Below, in pieces: positions 54,842 to 63,998 of a stretch of DNA of 64,000 nucleotides; position 1 is the first letter of the stretch, and each line of letters starts with the position of its first letter. Both the position numbers and the translations under genes were made by a program. The notes below the pieces were generated by a model. That model was not told the origin of the DNA, did not search any database, and saw only the letters and a list, made by a program, of their open reading frames with translations. The stretch lies in sequence record PV754031.1; one strand, 5' to 3'.

Positions 54842-55019
54842 ACTTGGTACCCCAGTTTATCGTTTTGTCGAGAAGAGCTTGACTAGGTCGTTTATTACGA
54901 ATCTGATTCTTAATAGACTCATTTAGCTCTTCCATCGTTTTCCGAACTTTAACTAATCGTTCCTTTTGTTCATTTGTAGGAACACTACTAACTATATCTT
55001 GCAATGCTTTAAGTGACAT
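54834..55019 (-). CDS. small coiled-coil protein
   Basis: AGGG RBS. Confidence 0.65.
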   Translation of the reverse strand: MSLKALQDIVSSVPTNEQKERLVKVRKTMEELNESIKNQIRNKRPSQALLDKTINWGTKYG

Positions 55020-55080
55020 GTCTTTACCCTATTTGTATTCAGCTATAAGATTCAACTACTGGGTACTTTTACAAGACGAC

Positions 55081-55106
55081 ATAAAGGCAGCATTAGCTGC
55101 CTTTAT
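55081..55106 (-). terminator. terminator downstream of tRNA-Asn copy 1
   Basis: ATAAAGGCAGC-atta-GCTGCCTTTAT. Confidence 0.8.
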
Positions 55107-55150
55107 AGTTTACATAGTAGTGAAATATAACTAAATCTAAAACTATGAAT

Positions 55151-55226
<76 letters not shown>

Positions 55227-55387
55227 AGAATTATGGCGATTTTATATTAGAGATGAGTTACTGACAACCTAATATAGATATGTAATAACTACATATTATT
55301 ACAATCTGAGTATTATTTATTTCTTGTTATGACATTATGTAAATAACGTGTAGTTAATCTTATTAGAAACTATCAAAGTTACTAATT

Positions 55388-55900
55388 CTAACTAAAACGA
55401 ACCACCATTACCTCTGTACCAAAAGTATCTGCAACCCACTGGTTAAATTCTTTATCAGTGATACCGCGTAGGTTCAGATTAAATGAGGCATTGTCAACAA
55501 GAATATATTTTACAGACGATATTAATTCTTCTTTAATATCTTTTTGAATAGATGATTCCTCAGGTTGATGAATATATTTGCGGAGTTGGTGTGTAATTAA
55601 ACAAGAAACAATATTATCTTTAGCATTCTGGAACTTAGCCAGTACAGCCTGTTTAATTTTATCTTCTACAAATACAGCTAGACATTCGCCAGGGTGACGA
55701 TTAGCAAACTCAATCAATGCAGTTGTACTACCACATTGCCGACCTACAAATAATCCAACAGTCCTGTATTCACGAATAACAATATGACCAATAGAATTAG
55801 ATCGATAATTAACCCAGTTCTCATTCGTTTTTTGAATTAAAGCATCTAGGATATCTTGGTACTTTACAATAGTTCTTACAAACTGATTAGAGTTAGTCAT
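55388..55900 (-). CDS. small P-loop-like protein
   Basis: VGRQCGSTT (Walker A-like), YILVD (Walker B-like); AGGAG RBS. Confidence 0.6.
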   Translation of the reverse strand: MTNSNQFVRTIVKYQDILDALIQKTNENWVNYRSNSIGHIVIREYRTVGLFVGRQCGSTTALIEFANRHPGECLAVFVEDKIKQAVLAKFQNAKDNIVSCLITHQLRKYIHQPEESSIQKDIKEELISSVKYILVDNASFNLNLRGITDKEFNQWVADTFGTEVMVVRFS

Positions 55901-56184
55901 AATAGACTCCTTTATTACAATGTAGCATAGATTCAGTTTTTTAACTGGAATTAAATGCCGATTTTGAAAAGGTGATAAAACCTTTTCTCATCTATAAATG
56001 AATTTATAATAGTAACAATGAATATAACCAGGGGTGGCAAACCCCTGGCATTTAGACACACTCTATAATAAGTTCTACCACCGAGTGTGTTTAGTGGATA
56101 GATTTAAGAATACTTTATTATAGTACTCTTACATAATATCATCGTGCCAGTATAATTATCTAAATAGTTATAAATATTATTATT

Positions 56185-57192
56185 TTAATCAATGATTAAT
56201 GGTGCTAGTTTTACCTGATAGATACCTGATAACAATTGGCTTTTCAACATATATGCTCCACCACCAACTGGCATTTTAGATCCACCTACAATGATCATGC
56301 TATTATCCGGACCTTTAGCTATAGATGAAATATTAAGGAATCCGATACCTAGTTCAAATGGTTCAGCCCATTTCCGGCGCCTAATATTAAAACGTTGTGC
56401 AAACATTTTAGTTACACCGCCGACATCAACAGCGTTAAGGTAATTAAAATAGTCCCCATCTACATAACCATTACCTTGCCAGATTGTTCCTTTATCAGCA
56501 GGTATAATCATCCAAGGTGTTTGCTCCCATATTAAGGTAGTTGCATTATATCGATAAACTTCAAGATTAGGTATGTTCTTTGTATTATCCCAACCACCAA
56601 AATGGTAAAAGTAACCATTATAAAAGAATAACTGTTGACCTGAACGAGCACCACCTGAATAGTCTTGCCCGCTAAGCCAAGACTTACTTGATGGTTTTAA
56701 TCGCATTGCGTTTACGCCAATTGGGTTAACGCATAGAATAAGATCATTACCATCTGATGCGGAGGCTGTGCCCCAAAGTGGTACGGGACCACTATATCGC
56801 TCAACCCTATTGCCTGTAGCTATATCAAAATGTTGTATAAAGTTAGATGTTCCCGTACCACCATTACCAGCCGAGTTCCATCCAGTAATACCGCCATAAA
56901 CAATAAAGTTATTCTTATGTAATGTCCCAAATCCTAAAGATACCCCTGGTAAGAATGTTCCAGAAGCAGTTGCACCTATATCGGCAAATGGCGATATGGT
57001 AAAACGTCTGAACACAGTTGCAGCTGTTTGTCCTTCAGTATGATGACCAGATCCAACATACAGTGTATTTCCATCCACATATGACATTGTACCAGCTAAC
57101 GCTACAGGTAGATCACCTAATTTAATAATTTCATTAAATCCAACCAAGGGTAACTCTTCGCCTATATCTGGTGATAATAGTAATTCAAACAT
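56185..57192 (-). CDS. Kelch-repeat beta-propeller protein
   Basis: Repeated LYVGSG / IVYGG / YHFGG / IIVGG blades with Y/W-x-x-W spacing. Confidence 0.8.
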   Translation of the reverse strand: MFELLLSPDIGEELPLVGFNEIIKLGDLPVALAGTMSYVDGNTLYVGSGHHTEGQTAATVFRRFTISPFADIGATASGTFLPGVSLGFGTLHKNNFIVYGGITGWNSAGNGGTGTSNFIQHFDIATGNRVERYSGPVPLWGTASASDGNDLILCVNPIGVNAMRLKPSSKSWLSGQDYSGGARSGQQLFFYNGYFYHFGGWDNTKNIPNLEVYRYNATTLIWEQTPWMIIPADKGTIWQGNGYVDGDYFNYLNAVDVGGVTKMFAQRFNIRRRKWAEPFELGIGFLNISSIAKGPDNSMIIVGGSKMPVGGGAYMLKSQLLSGIYQVKLAPLIID

Positions 57193-57246
57193 GAGTGTGC
57201 TCTCAAGTAAATCATTTTAATTCATAAGATAACCCATGGCAACATA

Positions 57247-57270
57247 AAAGAGTAGCCGAAGCTACTCTTT
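57247..57270 (-). terminator. terminator downstream of the tRNA-Asp/Asn pair
   Basis: AAAGAGTAGC-cgaa-GCTACTCTTT (UUCG loop on the minus strand). Confidence 0.85.
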
Positions 57271-57276
57271 AGAATA

Positions 57277-57352
<76 letters not shown>

Positions 57353-57358
57353 ATTAAA

Positions 57359-57435
57359 TGGCGCGCCCAAGGGGACTCGAACCCCTGACCACCCGCGTGA
57401 CAGGCGGGTATTCTAACCAACTGAACTATGAGCGC
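57359..57435 (-). tRNA. tRNA-Asp(GUC)
   Basis: GCGCTCATAGTTCAG...CCCGC-CTGTCAC-GCGGG...CGCCA. Confidence 0.97.
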
Positions 57436-57487
57436 AAACGTATGGACATGACTTCCTACATAGTATTACATAACCAGTAATATTTTA

Positions 57488-57835
57488 TTACGGGCGATCA
57501 GTCCAGTGCTTGAAATAGTTACCATCCTTGGGACGATCGTACTTAGCAAGAATATTTTTAAGTTCTTCGCCGGACAACTTAATACTATCGCCTACTGGGC
57601 TATCCAGTTCAGGGCAAGGTTCAGTTTTACGTGTAATGATTAAATTATCAGTCCCATCTTTGAAGATAAAGATAAACTGCGTTTCATTAGCACTAATCTT
57701 TTTCTTAACGCAATGCTTTACTTCTGGATGTTTCTTGTGGATCGCTACAAAAGATTCAACAAGAGTTAGCTTTATAAACTCAGGGCTAATAAATGTGAAA
57801 TATACAGCGCTCTGCGTTGGGGTTAGATGATCCAT
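57488..57835 (-). CDS. hypothetical protein
   Basis: GGAG RBS. Confidence 0.75.
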   Translation of the reverse strand: MDHLTPTQSAVYFTFISPEFIKLTLVESFVAIHKKHPEVKHCVKKKISANETQFIFIFKDGTDNLIITRKTEPCPELDSPVGDSIKLSGEELKNILAKYDRPKDGNYFKHWTDRP

Positions 57836-57837
57836 AT

Positions 57838-58143
57838 TTACTCCGTATGTTTGAGATAGGCTTTAACTGCTTTAAGACCTTTATTAAAGAACATAGCTTC
57901 AACATAAGTAATGTTACTTACATCCTCGCCGATAAGTTCCCATTTGATGCAACGTGTAACAGCGTTGATTGTAATATCTAATCCGTTTGGGAATAGGGTT
58001 ACTTCATCGGTCAGGTGAATCCAATCGGGAGCCTTCGCTCCATTACGTAAACGGGGACTAAAAGTAAGATTATAAAGTGTTTGTAATGGTTGTCTCAATA
58101 GTTCTTTTTGTTCTTGATGTTCCATGTATTTTCCTAGAGACAT
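57838..58143 (-). CDS. hypothetical protein
   Basis: Tightly packed; true start may be 58125. Confidence 0.75.
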   Translation of the reverse strand: MSLGKYMEHQEQKELLRQPLQTLYNLTFSPRLRNGAKAPDWIHLTDEVTLFPNGLDITINAVTRCIKWELIGEDVSNITYVEAMFFNKGLKAVKAYLKHTE

Positions 58144-58355
58144 TTAAAAATATAAATAGAATGGTTATCTCTTTCGGTTATCTTTAGAGTATTCTCATTT
58201 CGAATAACTTCAAGAGACTTGTATTTATGTTCCAGAATATCCAGATGAGAAATACACTGTTCCCTATTTTCAAATAGGATATTACTTTCATTAGTCGAAA
58301 TGAAACCAAATAATCCAACTTTGATAGATAATACCAACATTATTACTGTATTCAT
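58134..58355 (-). CDS. small exported two-cysteine protein
   Basis: GAGGA RBS before ATG 58355; hydrophobic N-terminus; FENREQC...FKCL. Confidence 0.7.
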   Translation of the reverse strand: MNTVIMLVLSIKVGLFGFISTNESNILFENREQCISHLDILEHKYKSLEVIRNENTLKITERDNHSIYIFKCL

Positions 58356-58381
58356 GTTTTCCTCAATGAGACAGTATAAAA

Positions 58382-58399
58382 CCTCCCCCAAGTGGGAGG
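58382..58399 (-). terminator. terminator downstream of tRNA-CAU
   Basis: CCTCCC-loop-GGGAGG with a T-tract on the minus strand. Confidence 0.7.
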
Positions 58400-58407
58400 C
58401 TAGTATA

Positions 58408-58484
58408 TGGTGGGCCCAGCAGGACTTGAACCTGCGACCAAGCGATTATGAGTCGCCTGCTCTAACCAACTGAGCTATAGGCCC
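58408..58484 (-). tRNA. tRNA with CAU anticodon, Ile2 (lysidine) type rather than Met
   Basis: GGGCCTATAGCTCAG...GGCGA-CTCATAA-TCGCT-TGGTCGCAGGTTCAAGT..., close to bacterial tRNA-Ile2; C4:G69 and C5:G68. Confidence 0.85.
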
Positions 58485-58491
58485 TTTTTAT

Positions 58492-58785
58492 TTATTCTGG
58501 TAAGAATGTTCCATCTTTTTGACGGACTAATACACCTGACCATTTGAATGTATTTGTATCACTAGCAGGGCACTCTCTAATTACATTGGTTCTAAATGTG
58601 CCATGTGGATAGGTTACAGTGAATGTAATATGGTTATTACAAACATGTAATACAGAAGACTTTGCTTCTGTTAGATAGTGTAAGCCTTGAGCTAATTGAA
58701 TATTAGTTAATTCAGGGTCACTAAGAATAGCGTAAAGAGCTGTTCCTATAATTTGATGTTCCCATGATATCCATTTATTATCCAT
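58492..58785 (-). CDS. hypothetical protein
   Basis: ORF between tRNAs with AGGA RBS. Confidence 0.75.
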   Translation of the reverse strand: MDNKWISWEHQIIGTALYAILSDPELTNIQLAQGLHYLTEAKSSVLHVCNNHITFTVTYPHGTFRTNVIRECPASDTNTFKWSGVLVRQKDGTFLPE

Positions 58786-58806
58786 CCTATTTACCTATTA
58801 TTAAAA

Positions 58807-58882
58807 TGGTCGGAGTGGGGAGACTCGAACTCCCGACATCCTGCTCCCAAAGCAGGCGCGCTACCAACTGCGCTACACTCCG
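58807..58882 (-). tRNA. tRNA-Pro(UGG)
   Basis: CGGAGTGTAGCGCAG...CCTGC-TTTGGGA-GCAGG...CGACCA. Confidence 0.97.
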
Positions 58883-58891
58883 TATTTAAAT

Positions 58892-58976
58892 TGGTGCCCG
58901 AAGTCGGATTCGAACCGACAAGACCGTAGCCGGAAGATTTTAAGTCTTCTGTGTTTACCAATTTCACCATTCGGGC
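58892..58976 (-). tRNA. tRNA-Leu(UAA)
   Basis: GCCCGAATGGTGAAATTGG...GAAGA-CTTAAAA-TCTTC, long variable arm, CCA end. Confidence 0.97.
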
Positions 58977-59034
58977 ATTGTGCTTCAATACATAACATGT
59001 AATGCTAGGTATTTTATTACAACTTATTTTAAAT

Positions 59035-59487
59035 TCAACGTGGCCATTGTAAAGAAGTTATCTTATTACCATTAATGTAGACATCGGTCACTTCGCACCA
59101 ATCATTAATTCTGTGTTCAATAATTGGAACATCATTTCGGCCAGCCACTCCAATCATATTCCATTTAACATAAATATTCATTAGATCAATTGTTAATTTC
59201 TCTTTTATGAGTTTAGGAGAAATTAATTTAATATTATTAATGTTAAAGAAGTAATTATTAACTTCTTCTAAATATTCATTAGTATTAGTAGTACTAACTT
59301 TGCCTTCATGTTCAAGTGAGGATGGTTTATTCTGATTTACAATATTGCTCACTAGACTTCTTAAAACGGCACTTGCCCTACCAGCTTCGCGTCTTTTATA
59401 CTTATCATAGTCTTTTACATTAGCTGCAATTTTATCAAATTCTTTTTGGGCATAGATTAGCCCTGGTAAAAGTTCATTTTTGATCAT
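59035..59487 (-). CDS. hypothetical protein
   Basis: Minus-strand ORF upstream of the tRNA cluster. Confidence 0.75.
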   Translation of the reverse strand: MIKNELLPGLIYAQKEFDKIAANVKDYDKYKRREAGRASAVLRSLVSNIVNQNKPSSLEHEGKVSTTNTNEYLEEVNNYFFNINNIKLISPKLIKEKLTIDLMNIYVKWNMIGVAGRNDVPIIEHRINDWCEVTDVYINGNKITSLQWPR

Positions 59488-59544
59488 TTTATAATTACTC
59501 TATGTTGTTTATACATATTTTAATATACATACGTAAAAACAAAA

Positions 59545-59700
59545 TATAAAGCCTCCCCGAAGGGAGGCGATATATCGTCATTAATGCCCAGCAAAGAGTT
59601 TTACTCTCTGGGAGCCAGTTGGAAGGGGGACTGGCTCCGATTTATTATGACTAATGTAGAAACGAGGGGGAGGGATCATTTCTACATATCATTACATACT
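59545..59700 (-). ncRNA. candidate multi-hairpin small RNA with C-rich (anti-SD-like) loops
   Basis: Hairpins 59652-59687 (loop UCCCUCCCCC), 59611-59638 (loop CCCCCUUCCA) and 59587-59612; TATG at 59698-59695; terminator at 59551-68. Confidence 0.55.
59551..59568 (-). terminator. intrinsic terminator
   Basis: Minus strand GCCTCCC-ttcg-GGGAGGC followed by TTTATATTTT. Confidence 0.85.
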
Positions 59701-59707
59701 CAGTAAG

Positions 59708-61591
59708 TTATTCTTCAATACCAATGACCGTATTGCGTTCATTGGTGTTCTCTACGGTTGAACCACTTGGGAAGCTACTGACAGATGCTTGCATTAGTTT
59801 CAACATGTCGATAGCAAATACTCGATATGTAGATTCAACCTTAGCGTCGTCGTACGATGCATGAATGTTAAGAATGGCATTATCGGCCCTTTTAGCCAGC
59901 AGATATACATCCTCAAGAGCATCTTTATCTTTAATAGTGGATAGCTTATGTTTGTAGATATCCCCATTGACAGATAGGTCAGGATACTGGGCTACCCAAG
60001 TGTCCGCAATAGTCTTAGTGTTGTTAGACAGAACGTCAATGATAACGTTAGCTGCTTCCACAATACCGGTAGCATCAAGCAACTTAATCTTAGCACCAGC
60101 ATTATCTGGCCATTTGGGTTCTTGGAAGTTTGTCTTTACATTGGGTTTCCATTCAGCCAGAAGAGTAGCGACTTTCTTAGGGTCTTGCCAATCATTCCCT
60201 TTGAACAGATTAACCACGGGGGCTAGTATCTTACTGTTCTCATCCAGAACTTTCTGGTTGTGACGATCAGCTTTAGCTACAGCATTAGTGATATTGGCTT
60301 TTGCGGTCTTAGGATCATTAGACGCGAACGTCTCGTAACTCGATACTTTTACTTCGCCGGTTTTAAGCTTTGCTTCTGCCACCCATTTGGCATCACCATA
60401 GGTACTTTTCAGTGTAGCAATAGCTTTCTTCTTTTTATCAAGATTGATCTCAGGGCCAGAGTCGAAGATACTCTTAATGGTGTCGATAAGACCTTCATTT
60501 GAGACTTGTATAAAACCGGGAGTATTAATGATGGACTTCTCTACATACCCGCCACGAATAACTCGATTTATAAAACCATTAAGACCACTACCAGTTTCGG
60601 CCATATCTTTCATGATTTCTATATTTGTTTCACCAGCACTCTGGGCATTGTATAAATAATAAGAACCATCTTTAAATTTTAGTATAATCCAGTCATCTCC
60701 AGTTAGATATGAATCAATATTACTATCATTCATACTTTGGTATTTAATGAATTCTGGATTAGTACTTAGTACTTCTTCAATAAACTCTTCTAATGCCGCA
60801 GAATTATTAATAGCATCAACAGGTGGAATTTCACCATCAATGGGTTCAGTAGTTGGACCAGTAACAATGGCAGGTAACGGATCCTCCTCTACAATAACAG
60901 TTTCTTCCACTGGTAGAGCACCACATGAAGCATCAATTAGTTTATTAAAACTACTAATGATCTCACCAAGTGCTACAAGAACTGCTGGCTGTTCAACTTG
61001 TTCAACTTTAGCAATACCAGTTTCTGTAAATTCTTCAGTAATTCGGTTATAGACTTCCACTAATTGATTAGTAAGCTCTGCTACTTTTGGCAGAGTCTGC
61101 TTAGACAGAGGTTCAACTACAGTTGTATCTGCTTCAACAAAAATAGAATCATCTTCTTCTAAACGGCTAGTATTAGCTGAGCCAGCTGTGAAGTTATAAG
61201 GCATATCTTGAATTACTTCATTAATTTCAGATGCCTCCATATCTTCATTTAGACGACCACTATAAGTACGCATCATACCTTCTGCTTCTTTAATAGTGGA
61301 ATGCGCTAAGCGTCCCCAATCACCACGCATAATACCGCGCTCGGTAAGACCGCGTGCAGCTGAACCAAGATCAATAGGTTCTTCAATAAATGATTGTTCT
61401 TCAACCCACTCTTCATTACTGTAACATTCTTTTAGAATGGTTTTAAATTTAGTACTAAAGGGTTGTAGAATCTTTTTATCTACTTGTTCAACATTTGTTT
61501 TAAAGTGTTCTAGACTTGGTGTAGCTTTTGAAGATACTTTTTCAGTACCGCTATATAGCGTACGGTTTAGGAAGTTTAGCATTTTATTCAT
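59708..61591 (-). CDS. large head-associated protein (phiKZ gp303 position)
   Basis: 627 aa, acidic N-terminal half, S-N-E|GLIDTIKSIF junction typical of prohead-protease-processed head proteins; identity inferred from synteny. Confidence 0.7.
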   Translation of the reverse strand: MNKMLNFLNRTLYSGTEKVSSKATPSLEHFKTNVEQVDKKILQPFSTKFKTILKECYSNEEWVEEQSFIEEPIDLGSAARGLTERGIMRGDWGRLAHSTIKEAEGMMRTYSGRLNEDMEASEINEVIQDMPYNFTAGSANTSRLEEDDSIFVEADTTVVEPLSKQTLPKVAELTNQLVEVYNRITEEFTETGIAKVEQVEQPAVLVALGEIISSFNKLIDASCGALPVEETVIVEEDPLPAIVTGPTTEPIDGEIPPVDAINNSAALEEFIEEVLSTNPEFIKYQSMNDSNIDSYLTGDDWIILKFKDGSYYLYNAQSAGETNIEIMKDMAETGSGLNGFINRVIRGGYVEKSIINTPGFIQVSNEGLIDTIKSIFDSGPEINLDKKKKAIATLKSTYGDAKWVAEAKLKTGEVKVSSYETFASNDPKTAKANITNAVAKADRHNQKVLDENSKILAPVVNLFKGNDWQDPKKVATLLAEWKPNVKTNFQEPKWPDNAGAKIKLLDATGIVEAANVIIDVLSNNTKTIADTWVAQYPDLSVNGDIYKHKLSTIKDKDALEDVYLLAKRADNAILNIHASYDDAKVESTYRVFAIDMLKLMQASVSSFPSGSTVENTNERNTVIGIEE

Positions 61592-61646
61592 GTCTACTCT
61601 CTCGTTGATGACTGTTAATAAGAGTGCTATAGAATTGTTAGCATAA

Positions 61647-61668
61647 ACCCTCCCAATTAAGGGAGGGT
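61647..61668 (-). terminator. intrinsic terminator (identical to 63321-63342)
   Basis: ACCCTCCC-aattaa-GGGAGGGT. Confidence 0.8.
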
Positions 61669-61676
61669 CATTATGT

Positions 61677-62090
61677 CTACATTATATCTCGTGTACCATC
61701 ATTCATTTCAACAACAGTGACTTTATCACCAACCTTTGGTTTTTCATTGGTAACTGTTTGAACCATGTACTGCTTGCCATCTGTATTAACAATCAGTTTA
61801 CATTGAAATGTTTCAGTAGCACTAACATTATTACCGACTGCGCCGCCTGCGGCACCACCGATTAAACCACCTACCCAACCTCCAGATTTACCAAAGATTG
61901 CTCGACCTAACACAGCGCCTGCGGTGGCTCCAACCGCACCTCCAACAGTAGTGCCGACAACACTACTATCTTTAGCAACTAGCTGACATTCTGAATGTGC
62001 AATAATACCATCTGTAGTTGATTTTACTTCAGTTGCTGCAAATAGGACAGTGGACCACATTAAAACTACGAATGCGATAATCTTAATCAT
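61677..62090 (-). CDS. exported glycine-zipper protein
   Basis: Signal peptide; GTTVGGAVGATAGAVLG...GGLIGGAAGGAVGN; C-terminal OB-like GDKV. Confidence 0.8.
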   Translation of the reverse strand: MIKIIAFVVLMWSTVLFAATEVKSTTDGIIAHSECQLVAKDSSVVGTTVGGAVGATAGAVLGRAIFGKSGGWVGGLIGGAAGGAVGNNVSATETFQCKLIVNTDGKQYMVQTVTNEKPKVGDKVTVVEMNDGTRDIM

Positions 62091-63250
62091 AAGAAGTCAA
62101 CCTCAAATTCTTCTTCTTCACCAACATCATTTACAACGTTGACCATGTAATCAGGCTTCTCTTCTTCCTGAGGAGATGCTTGGGTTGATGAAATATCTAG
62201 GTAGTCTTCCATATAAAGAAGTGGGTTCTTCTCTGGCCAAACAAAATCAAATCCAGCTGATTCTTTAAACTCCACTTGATACTGTTCTACAACATCATTT
62301 TCAATACTTAGGAATGTTGCTGCGGCATTAGCATTGAAAAGTACCCAGTTAATAAGTTTAGTCGCATTAACACCAGTTAGTTCACGACCTTCAGAGAATA
62401 GATAATTAACCCAGGTAACTTCAGTCTTTACAATTTCCCATAGTAGTTCAATGATTTTATCTTTACATTGACTGTAAGCGAGTTTACCGCGTTCAGTTGC
62501 CAGTAGTGCACGAATAACTTCTTGTCCATATTGTGCATGGATTTCGAATTCGTCTTGGGCAATTTTCTTAACAGCGGCTGCAATTTGCTGGAATGCACCA
62601 GTACGACCAATAGCAAAGGTTACTGCAAAGGATGCCATGAACTGGATACGTTCTAGGAAATATAGAGCGATGAAGAACATGAATACTTTATTGTAAAGTT
62701 CTTGATCATTGGGTACCTGATTAAGAGCATACGCATGAACTGCGTCATGTGCTTCACCCATAGTGCGGGCTACTGCAACCATTCGTTCTTGTGCTTCTTC
62801 TACCCTAAGAATTTCGTCTAGAATAACTTTAGGATCTTTAAAGCTATTACGTACAATTTCAGAATAAGTTAAAGCATGTACGTCTTCATTATCATTAATA
62901 CGTACATATCCCGCCCATACTCGTGAATCTGTCATGACAGGTGATAGAATATTAACAATGGAACGACTGGCTACAGAGTCAGCTTCCCATTGCCAGGCCA
63001 GTGTCTTAATCATCATGTCATAAGTTGATTTATCACACGTTTCAAATTCTACTAGACAAGTGGAAAAGTCAAATTCTAGCTCATCCCAATCAAGCATCTT
63101 TAGACGCTTATATAGCTCCCACATTTTAGGATAATGAGTGTGGATTGAATCTAGTAGACCTGGATCATCTCCAAGAATAATTTCCGGTAGATGATAATCA
63201 CTCTTAGCAACATTGAAGATTTTCTTTGGTAGTTGAGATTTAGTAGACAT
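62087..63250 (-). CDS. nrdB: ribonucleotide reductase class Ia beta subunit
   Basis: WQWEADS, NEDVHALTY, LERIQFMASF, IAQDEFEIH di-iron ligands; SPQEEE tail. Confidence 0.95.
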   Translation of the reverse strand: MSTKSQLPKKIFNVAKSDYHLPEIILGDDPGLLDSIHTHYPKMWELYKRLKMLDWDELEFDFSTCLVEFETCDKSTYDMMIKTLAWQWEADSVASRSIVNILSPVMTDSRVWAGYVRINDNEDVHALTYSEIVRNSFKDPKVILDEILRVEEAQERMVAVARTMGEAHDAVHAYALNQVPNDQELYNKVFMFFIALYFLERIQFMASFAVTFAIGRTGAFQQIAAAVKKIAQDEFEIHAQYGQEVIRALLATERGKLAYSQCKDKIIELLWEIVKTEVTWVNYLFSEGRELTGVNATKLINWVLFNANAAATFLSIENDVVEQYQVEFKESAGFDFVWPEKNPLLYMEDYLDISSTQASPQEEEKPDYMVNVVNDVGEEEEFEVDFL

Positions 63251-63318
63251 ATCAGTTCCTTTACAATTTAAAAATATTTCTTACAATAAATAATAGAGGT
63301 TAGTATAAATTGGGAATA

Positions 63319-63344
63319 ACACCCTCCCAATTAAGGGAGGGTGT
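63319..63344 (-). terminator. hairpin between nrdA and nrdB
   Basis: ACACCCTCCC-aattaa-GGGAGGGTGT. Confidence 0.7.
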
Positions 63345-63350
63345 ATACAC

Positions 63351-63998
63351 TTAAAGAGTGCACGAACCGCCTGCACACCCAACTTCAGTATTAGTTACCT
63401 CAACAGCACGTTCAAGTGATTTAATATCAAGTCCTGCTGCTGTTTCTAGATTTACATAATACCGGGTTTTCATTCCACGTTTCACCATGTAGAAGTGATT
63501 ACCTAGCATTTCATTAGAAGAGATCTTTTCAGAACCTACAATGCGTCGATAGAGATCCGCACTGATTGTTTGATCGGTCCACTTTTGAATAATGGCATAG
63601 CAATCAATAAGATCTTTAGTGGGGATATCATAAGCCGATTCATACACATAGGAATCATCATCGCCGTATGGGGCAGCCCATAGCACACGTGCGCCATTAT
63701 CAGTCTTATTAAGAATTAGGCGACGTACCGGATATGGACCATTAGTTGACCCTAGTGCCTTAGATGATGCCTCACCAGGCATGTATGCAGCTAGTACGGA
63801 GTGTGCAATACCACCATTCTCCTTAATCTCTTTCTCTAGCTCATCCCATGGATAAAGTTCTTCAAAGCCACCTTCAATGATAGTATCCACTGACTTATTA
63901 TAAGTCTTACGTGGAGTCCATCCCTCTGGCCATTTAGTCTTATGAATCCAAGGTGCATTTCCGCGTTCTTTAGCAATCTTAAGTGATGCCTTAATGAG
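63351..63998 (-). CDS. nrdA: ribonucleotide reductase class Ia alpha subunit, 3' part (runs off the right edge)
   Basis: AYMPGEASS, IQKWTDQTIS, GMKTRYY, terminal CAGGSCTL; frame stays open from 63890 to the window edge. Confidence 0.95.
   Translation of the reverse strand, partial: LIKASLKIAKERGNAPWIHKTKWPEGWTPRKTYNKSVDTIIEGGFEELYPWDELEKEIKENGGIAHSVLAAYMPGEASSKALGSTNGPYPVRRLILNKTDNGARVLWAAPYGDDDSYVYESAYDIPTKDLIDCYAIIQKWTDQTISADLYRRIVGSEKISSNEMLGNHFYMVKRGMKTRYYVNLETAAGLDIKSLERAVEVTNTEVGCAGGSCTL

Noticed and set aside
58791-58988. Track ORF 58791-58988
   Set aside because: It is a reading of the tRNA-Leu and tRNA-Pro genes
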